A DNA stretch of 64,000 bases, from the IMG/VR virus record IMGVR_UViG_3300042542_006078; one strand, 5' to 3'. Numbering within the stretch: position 1 is the first letter of the stretch; each line of letters begins with the position of its first letter. The position numbers were made by a program, and so were the translations under genes. The notes below the pieces were generated by a model that did not search any database, was not told where the DNA came from, and worked only from the letters and a program-made list of their open reading frames with translations. This DNA is from a virus. Lineage: Duplodnaviria > Caudoviricetes. Of this stretch, positions 19,586-28,490 are shown one piece after another.

Positions 19586-22500
19586 GTGGCCAATTACTTT
19601 CCACCAACTCCTGTCTACCCTAAAAATTACGACAGTGAACAAACTTTGTTTCTGGTTTACAACACATCAGAAACATTAACAAGCGGAGAAAATCTGCCTT
19701 GGGCTCAGGAAATTGATATTGTTCCTGTTGCGGCAGAATTACAAGAGCAATGGTCAACTAATGGTTTTGCAAATATTGATGGTGAATTATTTTACTACGA
19801 TTCAGTTGCATATGATGAAAATGGAAAAATAAACAAGTTTAAGCGTTGCTCAAGAAATTTAGGCGGGACTCATACTCATAAAACTCAGGCCGGAAGTGAA
19901 GTTCGTGGTTTCGTAATTGCGGAGCATCACAATCAGCTTGTTGATGCTATAGTTCAGACTGAAAAATTCATTGGATATAACTTTACTCCAGACAAAACCA
20001 CATTGGATTGGAGAATAAGAAATCTTCAACAGTTAAATCCAATTTTTGATGATTTTTCATGTCCAGATGTTGTTTTTGACAAAAGCATATTGAGCGAAAA
20101 CCCTGTTACTGGCACAGTCATGAGTTATGCCATAACCATTACAGGAATTTTTACAAACTACAGGCTTGATTTTGGAGATGGCAATTTTACAACGACATCG
20201 ACAAGTGGAACTCACACTTACGCTCCAAACTCAAAAATCGACCCTGTTTTAACTATTTCAAATAGCCAATGTGCCATAGTCCAAACTCCGATTGAAAGAG
20301 AAGTTTTAACAGAAATTCCACAACAGGCTGTAACACCTGTTTTGGAAATACCAATACCAACTATTCCAGACTTTCCTTTTATTACACTACCAGATATAAC
20401 TGTTCCATCTCTTACTCCACAAATTCCACCAATTGTATTTCCTTATTTGAATATTGGGCCTGTTGGGCCAATTATTGTCCCAAGCGTCATTAGTGTTGTT
20501 CCACCTATTGTCATTCCGTCCATTGTTTCAATTACGCCTTTGAATGTTCCCAGCATTATTTCAGTTGTGCCCAATGAAATTATTATCACTGGCAATATTA
20601 TCCCAACTGAAATTAATGTAATAGATGATATTCCGAATGAAATCAACATAAACGATGATTTACCAACTGAAATACCAATAGTAGATGATTTACCAACTGA
20701 AATACCAATAGTAGATGATTTACCAACTGAAATACCAATAGTAGATGATTTGCCAACTGAGATTAATGTAAATAGTGATATTCCAACTGAAATTAATGTA
20801 AATAGTGATATTCCGACAAATATCACCATTGATGACGATATACCTGAAATCATCACAATAATAGAAGACATTCCTACTACAATAGCCATTGTTGAAGATA
20901 TACCAACAATTATAAATATTATTGATGATGTGCCTACAACTATTACAGTAGATGATGATTTACCTACAACTATTACAATAGACGATGATTTGCCTACCAC
21001 GATTGTAGTAACAGATAGTTTGCCAACAATCATAATAGTGAATGACGATATCACTCCTGTCATTACAGTAGAAGACGATATCACTCCTGTCATTACAGTA
21101 GAAGATGATATCACTCCTGTCATTATAGTAGAAGATGATATCACTCCTGTCATTATAGTAGAAGATGATATTGACCCAGTTATTACAGTATTTGACTCAT
21201 TACCAACCAATATACCATTTTTGGATGATTTGCCTCCATATATTGAGTTGTATGACGACTTGCCTACAGTTATTTCAATTATTGATGACATAACAAGAAT
21301 AATTTCAATTCTTGAAGACATTCCTTCAACTATTACTGTGATTGGTCTAGAAATACCATCAATAATTTCGATTCAAGTAACGGCAACTATACCAACACTA
21401 ATATCAATAACTGGAAACATACCATCTGTTATTTCTGTTACTAGTGAAATTCCATCTGTTATTTCTTTGAGTCATGATTTGCCATCAAATATCAATGTAA
21501 TTGATAATATACCAAGTGAAATAAATGTTATGGAAGATATTCCAGATGTTATTACGCTTGAGTCTACTGTACCAGATATCATTACACTTGTAGAAAATCT
21601 ACCAAGGAGCATAAATTTAGTTGGTACTATTCCAGAAAACATAAATTTAATTGCAAACCTGCCAGAAAGCATAGACCTCAATGATGATCTTCCAACATCA
21701 ATTAATTTGGCAGATGATCTTCCTGAGACAATAACTTTGGCATCAGACATACCAACTATTATTGAGCTTTATGATGATATTCCTGATGCAATTGTTCTGG
21801 TTGATGATATTCCCCTTTTCATTCAGGTTATTGATGATTTGCCATCAAGAATTTCATTTGGTCCAGCGCCAACTTTCCCGAAGATTCAATTTGCCCCAGC
21901 ACCAAAATTAGGGCCTATATCAGTAGATTGGGGAACACCGCCCTACATCCCTGTTTCGTGGGGAACTCCTCCAAAACTGAGTGCTGTTGTGACCGTGCAA
22001 TGTGCCCCAGCAAGTACGCCATTCACTAAAGTCAAGGATTTGTTTTCAGAGCAGGATTCATTCAGTCCATTGGAGCCTGTAAGAATCCAAGCTGAAGAAG
22101 TTGGAATACCATCAGAAATTACTTTGAAAATTCCCGAGATACCAGACATCAAGGTTTTGCATGACATACCCGCAATAATCAGGGTTGAGTCGCCAAAAAT
22201 TCCTGATATTAGGATTATTGCTCCAGATGTGCCCATACCAAATGAAATCAGAATTAATTCTGAAAATGTTCCTTCAACAATAGAGCTTTTGGCCACTAAC
22301 ATACCATCATCAATTAAGCTTGAGACATCAAATCTTCCAAGTTCAATTAAATTAGAAGTTCCAAATGTTATGCCAACAATAAAGATTGATGCTTCTGGAA
22401 TACCAGAAAAAATTCAAGTTGTTGGAATACCATCTGCAATTGAATTGATAGGCGCTCCTTCGGAAATCAAGTTGGTCATGCCAGAAAAACCGGAAATCGA

Positions 22501-22618
22501 ACTTGTTTATAAGGGGGCTCCAATTGATGTGAAGATCAATCTGGATGTGACAAAATTAACTGGAGAAAATGGCGAACAACCCTGCTTTGCCTTAGTACCC
22601 TGCAACAAACCGGCGTAA
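19586..22618 (+). CDS. PKD-domain appendage protein (paralog 3) with a long decapeptide-repeat shaft
   Basis: AEHHN motif, YRLDFGDG..THTY, then about 41 DD[LI]P.xIxV repeats and an I/P-rich C-terminus. Confidence 0.75.
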   Translation: MANYFPPTPVYPKNYDSEQTLFLVYNTSETLTSGENLPWAQEIDIVPVAAELQEQWSTNGFANIDGELFYYDSVAYDENGKINKFKRCSRNLGGTHTHKTQAGSEVRGFVIAEHHNQLVDAIVQTEKFIGYNFTPDKTTLDWRIRNLQQLNPIFDDFSCPDVVFDKSILSENPVTGTVMSYAITITGIFTNYRLDFGDGNFTTTSTSGTHTYAPNSKIDPVLTISNSQCAIVQTPIEREVLTEIPQQAVTPVLEIPIPTIPDFPFITLPDITVPSLTPQIPPIVFPYLNIGPVGPIIVPSVISVVPPIVIPSIVSITPLNVPSIISVVPNEIIITGNIIPTEINVIDDIPNEININDDLPTEIPIVDDLPTEIPIVDDLPTEIPIVDDLPTEINVNSDIPTEINVNSDIPTNITIDDDIPEIITIIEDIPTTIAIVEDIPTIINIIDDVPTTITVDDDLPTTITIDDDLPTTIVVTDSLPTIIIVNDDITPVITVEDDITPVITVEDDITPVIIVEDDITPVIIVEDDIDPVITVFDSLPTNIPFLDDLPPYIELYDDLPTVISIIDDITRIISILEDIPSTITVIGLEIPSIISIQVTATIPTLISITGNIPSVISVTSEIPSVISLSHDLPSNINVIDNIPSEINVMEDIPDVITLESTVPDIITLVENLPRSINLVGTIPENINLIANLPESIDLNDDLPTSINLADDLPETITLASDIPTIIELYDDIPDAIVLVDDIPLFIQVIDDLPSRISFGPAPTFPKIQFAPAPKLGPISVDWGTPPYIPVSWGTPPKLSAVVTVQCAPASTPFTKVKDLFSEQDSFSPLEPVRIQAEEVGIPSEITLKIPEIPDIKVLHDIPAIIRVESPKIPDIRIIAPDVPIPNEIRINSENVPSTIELLATNIPSSIKLETSNLPSSIKLEVPNVMPTIKIDASGIPEKIQVVGIPSAIELIGAPSEIKLVMPEKPEIELVYKGAPIDVKINLDVTKLTGENGEQPCFALVPCNKPA
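20624..21853 (+). repeat. Coding tandem repeat, 30-bp unit (about 41 degenerate copies)
   Basis: Perfect copies of gatgatttaccaactgaaataccaatagta at 20654-20743; near-perfect gaagatgatatcactcctgtcattayagta at 21041-21190. Confidence 0.9.
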
Positions 22619-22620
22619 AA

Positions 22621-23490
22621 ATGTCTGATAGAATTAAAAAAACAACTGATGGTAACAAGTATTATTTAACAGAGGAAGGGATGTGGGTCAGAGATTTCAC
22701 ATCTGATCAATTTCCTTTTGTTGACCTGAATAATACTATAGACAACAAAGATTATTTTACCTTCTTGGAAAACGAAACAAAAAATAGTCTGGAAAAATGT
22801 GCTTGGATTGATAGCGAAAGTTTTCAAATGCGTGATGTTGTGATTGTTTCTGATGGTTATGGTTTTCAGAACAAACAGAAAATTCTTTCTAAATTGCCAA
22901 AGTCAACAACAATCATAGGTGTAAATGGTTCTTTGATAAAATGGAACCTAACCGATAGAGTCATGAACTGGTATGTGGTGAATAATCCATATAGAGAATG
23001 CATGAAATATCTTCCCAGAAGAAATCGTATCATGCCAAAATGCATAGCTTCATGCAGAACAAATCATCAATTTATGAGTGCGTACAAAGGAATAAAATAT
23101 AAATATTATCCTGTCAATGAAAAGAAATATTCTGGATTTGGGTTAAAGGAAACCCAATGGCAGGTTGATGATTATAGGAACTCTATATGCGCCGCACTCA
23201 ATATAGCTTATCGTTTTGGTGCTGAAAATATAATGTTATTTTGTTGTGATGACAGTTTTGATGGTGAAAGACCCGGTGCTATAAAACTTGAAAATGGATT
23301 ATATGAATATCCACAACATTCTATAGCTCACGGAATAATTGATGGATTTTTCTATTGGATAAAAAATCATCCTCATTTTGAAACTAAATTAAGTGATCAT
23401 TCAAGCACTAAAGAATATAAACATGCACCATATATAAGAGAGGAAGAATTACTTCCTTTTTTTCAACAAGGTGGTGAAAAATATGACTAG
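22621..23490 (+). CDS. DUF115/MptE/MAF-like (glycosyltransferase-associated) protein
   Basis: VVIVSDGYG...TTIIGVNGSL...NSICAALNIAYRFGAENIMLFCCDDSF parallels the G.GPSL...iia.N...A..lG...I.l.G.D pattern. Confidence 0.55.
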   Translation: MSDRIKKTTDGNKYYLTEEGMWVRDFTSDQFPFVDLNNTIDNKDYFTFLENETKNSLEKCAWIDSESFQMRDVVIVSDGYGFQNKQKILSKLPKSTTIIGVNGSLIKWNLTDRVMNWYVVNNPYRECMKYLPRRNRIMPKCIASCRTNHQFMSAYKGIKYKYYPVNEKKYSGFGLKETQWQVDDYRNSICAALNIAYRFGAENIMLFCCDDSFDGERPGAIKLENGLYEYPQHSIAHGIIDGFFYWIKNHPHFETKLSDHSSTKEYKHAPYIREEELLPFFQQGGEKYD

Positions 23491-23797
23491 ATGGAATTAT
23501 AAAAACGATGATGATCCTTTTGGACCATTCAATTTCAGCGACTTCAAAAAATGGATGTCGCAGCAACAAGAAAACGGCAGATCAAGTATGGTCGGTGTTC
23601 AAGTTGAATCAAAAATACCCCTCAAAAAACTCGTTTCAAGAATTGAAACCCAAGATGGCGAATTACTTGAAGTGGCAAAAGATTTTAAGAAAAACGGTGG
23701 TAAAATCACAGAAGAAAACGGACATTACATGTATGTCGCTGTTGATAGCGGCTCATTTATGATCCACAAAATGCATTTGAAAAAATCAGATTGCTAA
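23483..23797 (+). CDS. Hypothetical protein
   Basis: ORF with RBS AAGGTGG before ATG 23483. Confidence 0.6.
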   Translation: MTRWNYKNDDDPFGPFNFSDFKKWMSQQQENGRSSMVGVQVESKIPLKKLVSRIETQDGELLEVAKDFKKNGGKITEENGHYMYVAVDSGSFMIHKMHLKKSDC

Positions 23798-24162
23798 GTT
23801 TTTTTCCTGATCATTGTTATCTTCTGTGGCAATTGATTAGTGTTAATTTTGGGTATTGTTGTTTTTATGGTTATTTGAGGCTGCGAACTCAAAGGTATAT
23901 TAGTGTAACCACGATCTTTGAGAGCAGCCCTTAAGTCTTCAAATTTATCGGCTGACTCGGCCCAAGGCTCCCAAAACATCCTGTTATCGTAAATTAATTG
24001 AACTAATTCATCTGTCATATTTGAAGGCAAGTTCAATATTTCAGGATTATCAAGCCTTGATGCGAGTATTTCTTTGCCCTTTGCAACAATTAAAATTTTG
24101 ACAGATGATTTGTCTCTTCTGGCCAAATAAATATAAATGTTTGTGGTTTGATTAGCTGCCAT
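23794..24162 (-). CDS. Hypothetical protein
   Basis: 122-aa ORF filling the gap, convergent with the previous gene. Confidence 0.65.
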   Translation of the reverse strand: MAANQTTNIYIYLARRDKSSVKILIVAKGKEILASRLDNPEILNLPSNMTDELVQLIYDNRMFWEPWAESADKFEDLRAALKDRGYTNIPLSSQPQITIKTTIPKINTNQLPQKITMIRKKT

Positions 24163-24323
24163 GATTTTAATTACCTGAATTTTTTAGATTTTTATTGCTT
24201 AAAAAAAGCTCTTCTAGTAAAATTTCGATTACTAATTTAGTATAGTCGTCATTTGCATCAAATTGCTTGACGAATTCTTGCAATGCGTCAACCGTGGAAT
24301 TAATTTCATTTTGGTGGTTTTTC

Positions 24324-24935
24324 ATGATAGCTTTACCAGATTATGCGAAGATCAAAGATAATTACTGCATATCGTATTTTGGTTACAACAAAGAATATTT
24401 GACACAGCTTCGTCTTCTCAGGCCTCAAATGGAACAAGCCTTTCCCGGCATCAAAGTTTATCTTTGTTGCAGAGATGATCTCTTTTATTTATTTCATGGA
24501 GAACCAAGAACATTGGTTAAATCAAAACTTTTTGCAGAAAAGAATCAATTTGCTTATGTCAGAGAAATTTCTTATAAAGAAGGAGAACATCCAATTGAGC
24601 AGCTTTTTATCGAATCTGATTTGAAAATTAAACCAATATGCACTTCTTTTAGTAAATATGGACCAGCTAACCTTCTCACAAATGGCGTTTATCCAATAAA
24701 TAGCTTAAATCACAAACAAATACAATTTTCATTAGAATATATTGCATCGAAAAATTGCACCTGCCAAATTAACAAAGACTGGAATAATTTTGAATGGATT
24801 GTGGGAGTTGAAAATGAATTATTGTACGAGGCTGCTTCTTCAGGAAAGAAAGTAACCCTCATTTCTAATGGAATTGGTGAAAATATTTTCAAGATGATGT
24901 TCCCGAAATCTGAAATCTTGAATATTCCTTTGTGA
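24324..24935 (+). CDS. Degenerate GT-B (GT9-like) protein
   Basis: LRPQMEQAFPGIKVYLCC and IVGVENELLYEAASSGKKVTLI parallel GT9 motifs (compare VVTVDTATFHLAGGLG in the neighbour) with the His replaced. Confidence 0.4.
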   Translation: MIALPDYAKIKDNYCISYFGYNKEYLTQLRLLRPQMEQAFPGIKVYLCCRDDLFYLFHGEPRTLVKSKLFAEKNQFAYVREISYKEGEHPIEQLFIESDLKIKPICTSFSKYGPANLLTNGVYPINSLNHKQIQFSLEYIASKNCTCQINKDWNNFEWIVGVENELLYEAASSGKKVTLISNGIGENIFKMMFPKSEILNIPL

Positions 24936-24949
24936 ATGAATCACTTGTG

Positions 24950-24957
24950 CATAAATA
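24950..24957 (+). promoter_or_regulatory. Putative late promoter core CATAAATA
   Basis: About 45 nt upstream of AAGGAG-ATG at 25001. Confidence 0.45.
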
Positions 24958-25000
24958 TGTAAGAGGTAGTTTTGATCCCTTTTTATCTCCAAGGAGAAAA

Positions 25001-25579
25001 ATGAGCGTATTCAAGGTGAATTTGAATAACATTACTCAAGGTAGTTTAGACTTAAATCCTGCAACAGGGGTAAAGTTTGTCGATTCAATTCAGCGCACCA
25101 TTTATGTAACTGGTCCAAACAAAATTTATCGTAAACTTAATGATGGCGATCAGTTTACTGATTGCAATTATTGGAAAAGATTTGCTTATCCACAAGTTAG
25201 CTATGATCAGTCTTTCATTGAAGTCGTAACAGATGATGGTTCAATTTATAGCGACATTCCAGAAGAAAATACATATCCTTTGGTTTATAATTTCACTGTT
25301 CTTGATGGTGATGTTTATGTTGATCATGAAGCGGACATCGTTGACGACACAGGATCTCCAGCCAACTTCGTTCAGATTGCTTCAACTGATGCTGCTGGCG
25401 GTGATGTAAAAGTGAAGCTTAATGGTCTTGCTGGAGCAATTTTTGACCTTAAAGCCGGAGACACTCAAGTTTTCAACTATGGTGACCTTGCTGTAACCAA
25501 ATTGAATTTTGAGAACACAAGTGGTTCTAATCAGACAGTTCAGGTTATCGTATCGGCAAGAAGCATTTGCTATAGCTGA
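25001..25579 (+). CDS. Hypothetical (possibly virion) protein
   Basis: Strong RBS AAGGAG before ATG 25001; beta-rich; preceded by a late-promoter-like core and followed by a terminator. Confidence 0.65.
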   Translation: MSVFKVNLNNITQGSLDLNPATGVKFVDSIQRTIYVTGPNKIYRKLNDGDQFTDCNYWKRFAYPQVSYDQSFIEVVTDDGSIYSDIPEENTYPLVYNFTVLDGDVYVDHEADIVDDTGSPANFVQIASTDAAGGDVKVKLNGLAGAIFDLKAGDTQVFNYGDLAVTKLNFENTSGSNQTVQVIVSARSICYS

Positions 25580-25596
25580 TTTTCATGATTAATCGT

Positions 25597-25638
25597 GTTA
25601 AGCCCGGCCTCTATTTCAAGGCTGGGCTTAACTATTTT
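25597..25638 (+). terminator. Intrinsic terminator-like hairpin
   Basis: 14-bp stem gttaagcccggcct / aggctgggcttaac (one G-U pair), 8-nt loop, short T tail. Confidence 0.7.
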
Positions 25639-25643
25639 AAGTC

Positions 25644-26591
25644 ATGCAAGAATCAAGAAAAAACATGTCATTAAAGGAATTCAACGAGGCAAGAAATTCA
25701 ATCTTGTTCATATCTGATTGGGGAGGGCTTGGAGATGTTCTTATTCATCGCTTAATATTTGATGATGTTAAAAAAATAATTCCAGAAGCAAAAATACACT
25801 TTTGTTGCCTTAATCAATATCAAGATGCAATAAAAGATCATCCTCTTGTTGATAAAATTATTTTCCCAGAAGACCTAAAAAAAGAAAAATATCTTGTTTT
25901 TTATCAAACTTGTGTGAAAACATCCAACAAGTACGAAAGTCATTATGGTAAAGAATGCAAACTACATCGTGCCGAAGTATGGGGGCTTTTTTGCGGTTAT
26001 GAAATAAAAGATCCCAATATGCATTTTGATTTGCATAAGGGAAAAATTGCAATATACAAAAAAAGAATGCAAGAAATGGTAAAAGATGAAAAAAAACCAA
26101 TCGTTGTATTCAGTCCTAAATCTGCAATTACAACCAAGTGTCTTCAGCCAAATCAAATAAAAGCTGTAATAGAAGAATTAATTGATTTCAATGTGTTTGT
26201 AATTGAAAAAAAAGAAGACAAAGAACTGAAAAAATTTAACATCAATACCATTTCAAACACAACAATTGATGAGTGGATTTACTACACGGCATGCGCCGAT
26301 TATGTCGTAACTGTTGATACAGCAACATTCCATCTTGCTGGAGGTCTTGGAATACCAATGACTGGCATATTCACTTTCGCTAATGGAAAAACATATGGAA
26401 AATATTATGATTTTATTCTTGTGCAAAAACATATGGATGATGGAAATTGGGATTGCGGACCTTGTTACAATTATCGAATTTGTCCCAAGACACAAAAAGA
26501 ACTAAAGCCTTGTTTGACAGAGTTGACAGAAAAGGAAATCAAAGAAGGCATAAATAAAATGTTCAAAAAATGGCCCATTTTGATTAGTTAA
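25644..26591 (+). CDS. Glycosyltransferase family 9 (heptosyltransferase-like)
   Basis: GGLGDVL...IPEAKIHF...HPLVDKII; ADYVVTVDTATFHLAGGLGIPMTGIF. Confidence 0.88.
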   Translation: MQESRKNMSLKEFNEARNSILFISDWGGLGDVLIHRLIFDDVKKIIPEAKIHFCCLNQYQDAIKDHPLVDKIIFPEDLKKEKYLVFYQTCVKTSNKYESHYGKECKLHRAEVWGLFCGYEIKDPNMHFDLHKGKIAIYKKRMQEMVKDEKKPIVVFSPKSAITTKCLQPNQIKAVIEELIDFNVFVIEKKEDKELKKFNINTISNTTIDEWIYYTACADYVVTVDTATFHLAGGLGIPMTGIFTFANGKTYGKYYDFILVQKHMDDGNWDCGPCYNYRICPKTQKELKPCLTELTEKEIKEGINKMFKKWPILIS

Positions 26592-26630
26592 TTTAATATT
26601 GCTAGAGATAACTATAATGATTGTGACGGT

Positions 26631-26888
26631 TTGCGTGGAGGGTGCTTGGGACAATTACTTAAACCCAATACAGTCAAAGTTGTGACCAAAGATGGAGAAA
26701 TGCATGTGACCATCTCCTTGGAAATCACGATAAACCTTAACAGTGATAACCTTAAAGTTACTGCTGCTCCAAGTGTTGTTGTTCCACAAATGGAACAAAA
26801 GGTTGCAACTCAAAAAATTGAAGAGCCAATGTGGGAAATACCTGATTTTGCTCCCATGCCTAAAGTTGAATTTGGAAAGAAAGCGTAA
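26631..26888 (+). CDS. Small hypothetical protein upstream of the actin-like gene
   Basis: 85-aa ORF; the true start may be TTG 26646 after GGAGGG. Confidence 0.55.
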   Translation: MRGGCLGQLLKPNTVKVVTKDGEMHVTISLEITINLNSDNLKVTAAPSVVVPQMEQKVATQKIEEPMWEIPDFAPMPKVEFGKKA

Positions 26889-26900
26889 AGGAGAATAAAA

Positions 26901-27908
26901 ATGGCTAGTCATGGTTTTGATTGCGGAACATATAACTTGGTTCATTGTAACAGGGACAAAAATGGAAATTTTGAATATCACAGAGAAGTAAACGCATTCC
27001 TTGAAATGCCTTTGGAAAACAGATTCGTTTTCGACATGATGAAAAGGGCAGGAGTTCCTCTAATCGAGCGTGAAAAGAGAGCATACGCTCTTGGAGAAGC
27101 AGCAGTCAACATGACTTATACTATGAGTGCTTTAGAACTTAAAAGGCCAATGACACATGGTTGCGTTAACCCAAAAGAAAAAGACGCTTTCCAGATCATG
27201 AGCATCATGATTCATAGCCTAATCAATAATGTTCAAAAAGACGGCGAAACATTATATTATTGTGTTCCAGCAAATGCAGTCAATCAAGAAACAGATGCTG
27301 ATTACCATCAAAGAATTCTCGATGCCATTTTCAAAGCTTACAAAAGTGAAACAGGATATAAGGTTGATGCACATCCAATCAATGAAGCACTCGCACTTGT
27401 TTATGCTGAATTGGGCAAGAAAGCATATACGGGAATTTCTGCAAGTTTTGGTGCTGGCATGGTAAACATTTGCTATGCGATGTATGGATCGCCAGTTTTT
27501 ACTTTTGCTATTGTAAATTCAGGAGACTGGATTGATCGTCAAGCAGCCAAGGCAACTGGAGAAAGCATCAGTTTCATCAACAAGGAAAAAACCAAGATTG
27601 ATTTGACAAAGCCTCCATCAACTCTTGTTGAAAGAGCGATTCACACACAATATCAACTCATGATTGAACATACCGTAAACGGTTTGAAAAAAGGATTTAG
27701 CGATGTTAACAAAACTGTAAGAACTGATGGTGAAGTTGATGTCGTAATTGCAGGAGGAACAAGTTCTCCTAATGGATTTACTGAATTGTTCAAGGAAACA
27801 ATAAGTAAAGTTGAATTGCCAATTAAAATTGGCGATGTTATCAAGCCATCTGATCCATTGTATTCGGTGGCCAGAGGTTGCTTGGTAGCCGCAGAAGCAT
27901 CGAAGTGA
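26901..27908 (+). CDS. Actin-fold ATPase (MreB/ParM/MamK superfamily)
   Basis: Phosphate-1 GFDCGTYN, connect-1 INEALA, phosphate-2 SFGAGMVN, adenosine VIAGGTS, connect-2 DPLYSVARG; RBS AAGGAG. Confidence 0.88.
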   Translation: MASHGFDCGTYNLVHCNRDKNGNFEYHREVNAFLEMPLENRFVFDMMKRAGVPLIEREKRAYALGEAAVNMTYTMSALELKRPMTHGCVNPKEKDAFQIMSIMIHSLINNVQKDGETLYYCVPANAVNQETDADYHQRILDAIFKAYKSETGYKVDAHPINEALALVYAELGKKAYTGISASFGAGMVNICYAMYGSPVFTFAIVNSGDWIDRQAAKATGESISFINKEKTKIDLTKPPSTLVERAIHTQYQLMIEHTVNGLKKGFSDVNKTVRTDGEVDVVIAGGTSSPNGFTELFKETISKVELPIKIGDVIKPSDPLYSVARGCLVAAEASK

Positions 27909-27964
27909 AGAATAGTCGTCTTCTTGTGGCGAATTAATTAGTGAACTGTATAGAAAGGTAAAGA

Positions 27965-28423
27965 ATGAAAGTTAATCAGAAATGCATAAGCGACCTTGGT
28001 GCCGCTGCATATTTGCTAATGCATGATTTCAAGGTAATTGGTAGAAAAGGCAAAGATATTTATTTTATCCTTGACCATAAACATACATCTGAACAATTTG
28101 ATCAATTTACTCTTGATTATTTGTCAAGTGAATTCCATCGATTTGATGCTTGCATCATGAGTCTCAAGAAAATCGGTGAATATAATTTTAATCCACATAA
28201 TTTTCGATTTGTTACCGATCTTGGAGCAGCAGCTTATATTCTAATGCACAAATATAAAGTTGTTGGCAAGAGAGGAAAAGCAATTTACTTTGATGTGGAC
28301 GATATTTCAGCAGATAAATTCGACGAAATAGCTTTGGAATACATAAGCAGCGATTTTCATAGATTCGATTCATGCCTTATGTCTTTGAAGAAAATCGGTG
28401 AATATATCAGCGAACAATATTAA
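27965..28423 (+). CDS. Tandem-duplicated small-domain protein (DUF5659-like)
   Basis: Two ~72-aa units, [ST]DLGAAAY[LI]LMH...FHRFD.C[IL]MSLKKIGEY. Confidence 0.6.
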   Translation: MKVNQKCISDLGAAAYLLMHDFKVIGRKGKDIYFILDHKHTSEQFDQFTLDYLSSEFHRFDACIMSLKKIGEYNFNPHNFRFVTDLGAAAYILMHKYKVVGKRGKAIYFDVDDISADKFDEIALEYISSDFHRFDSCLMSLKKIGEYISEQY

Positions 28424-28490
28424 AAAATTCAATATATAAAGTTAGAAATTGGCCAAAACCATCAAACAATGATGGAAGGTTGTAACACAT

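Noticed and set aside
20443-22302. Long minus-strand ORFs (292, 92 and 119 aa) opposite the repeat fibre gene
   Set aside because: Shadow frames of the 30-bp coding repeat; low-complexity S/I/G/V products with no RBS.
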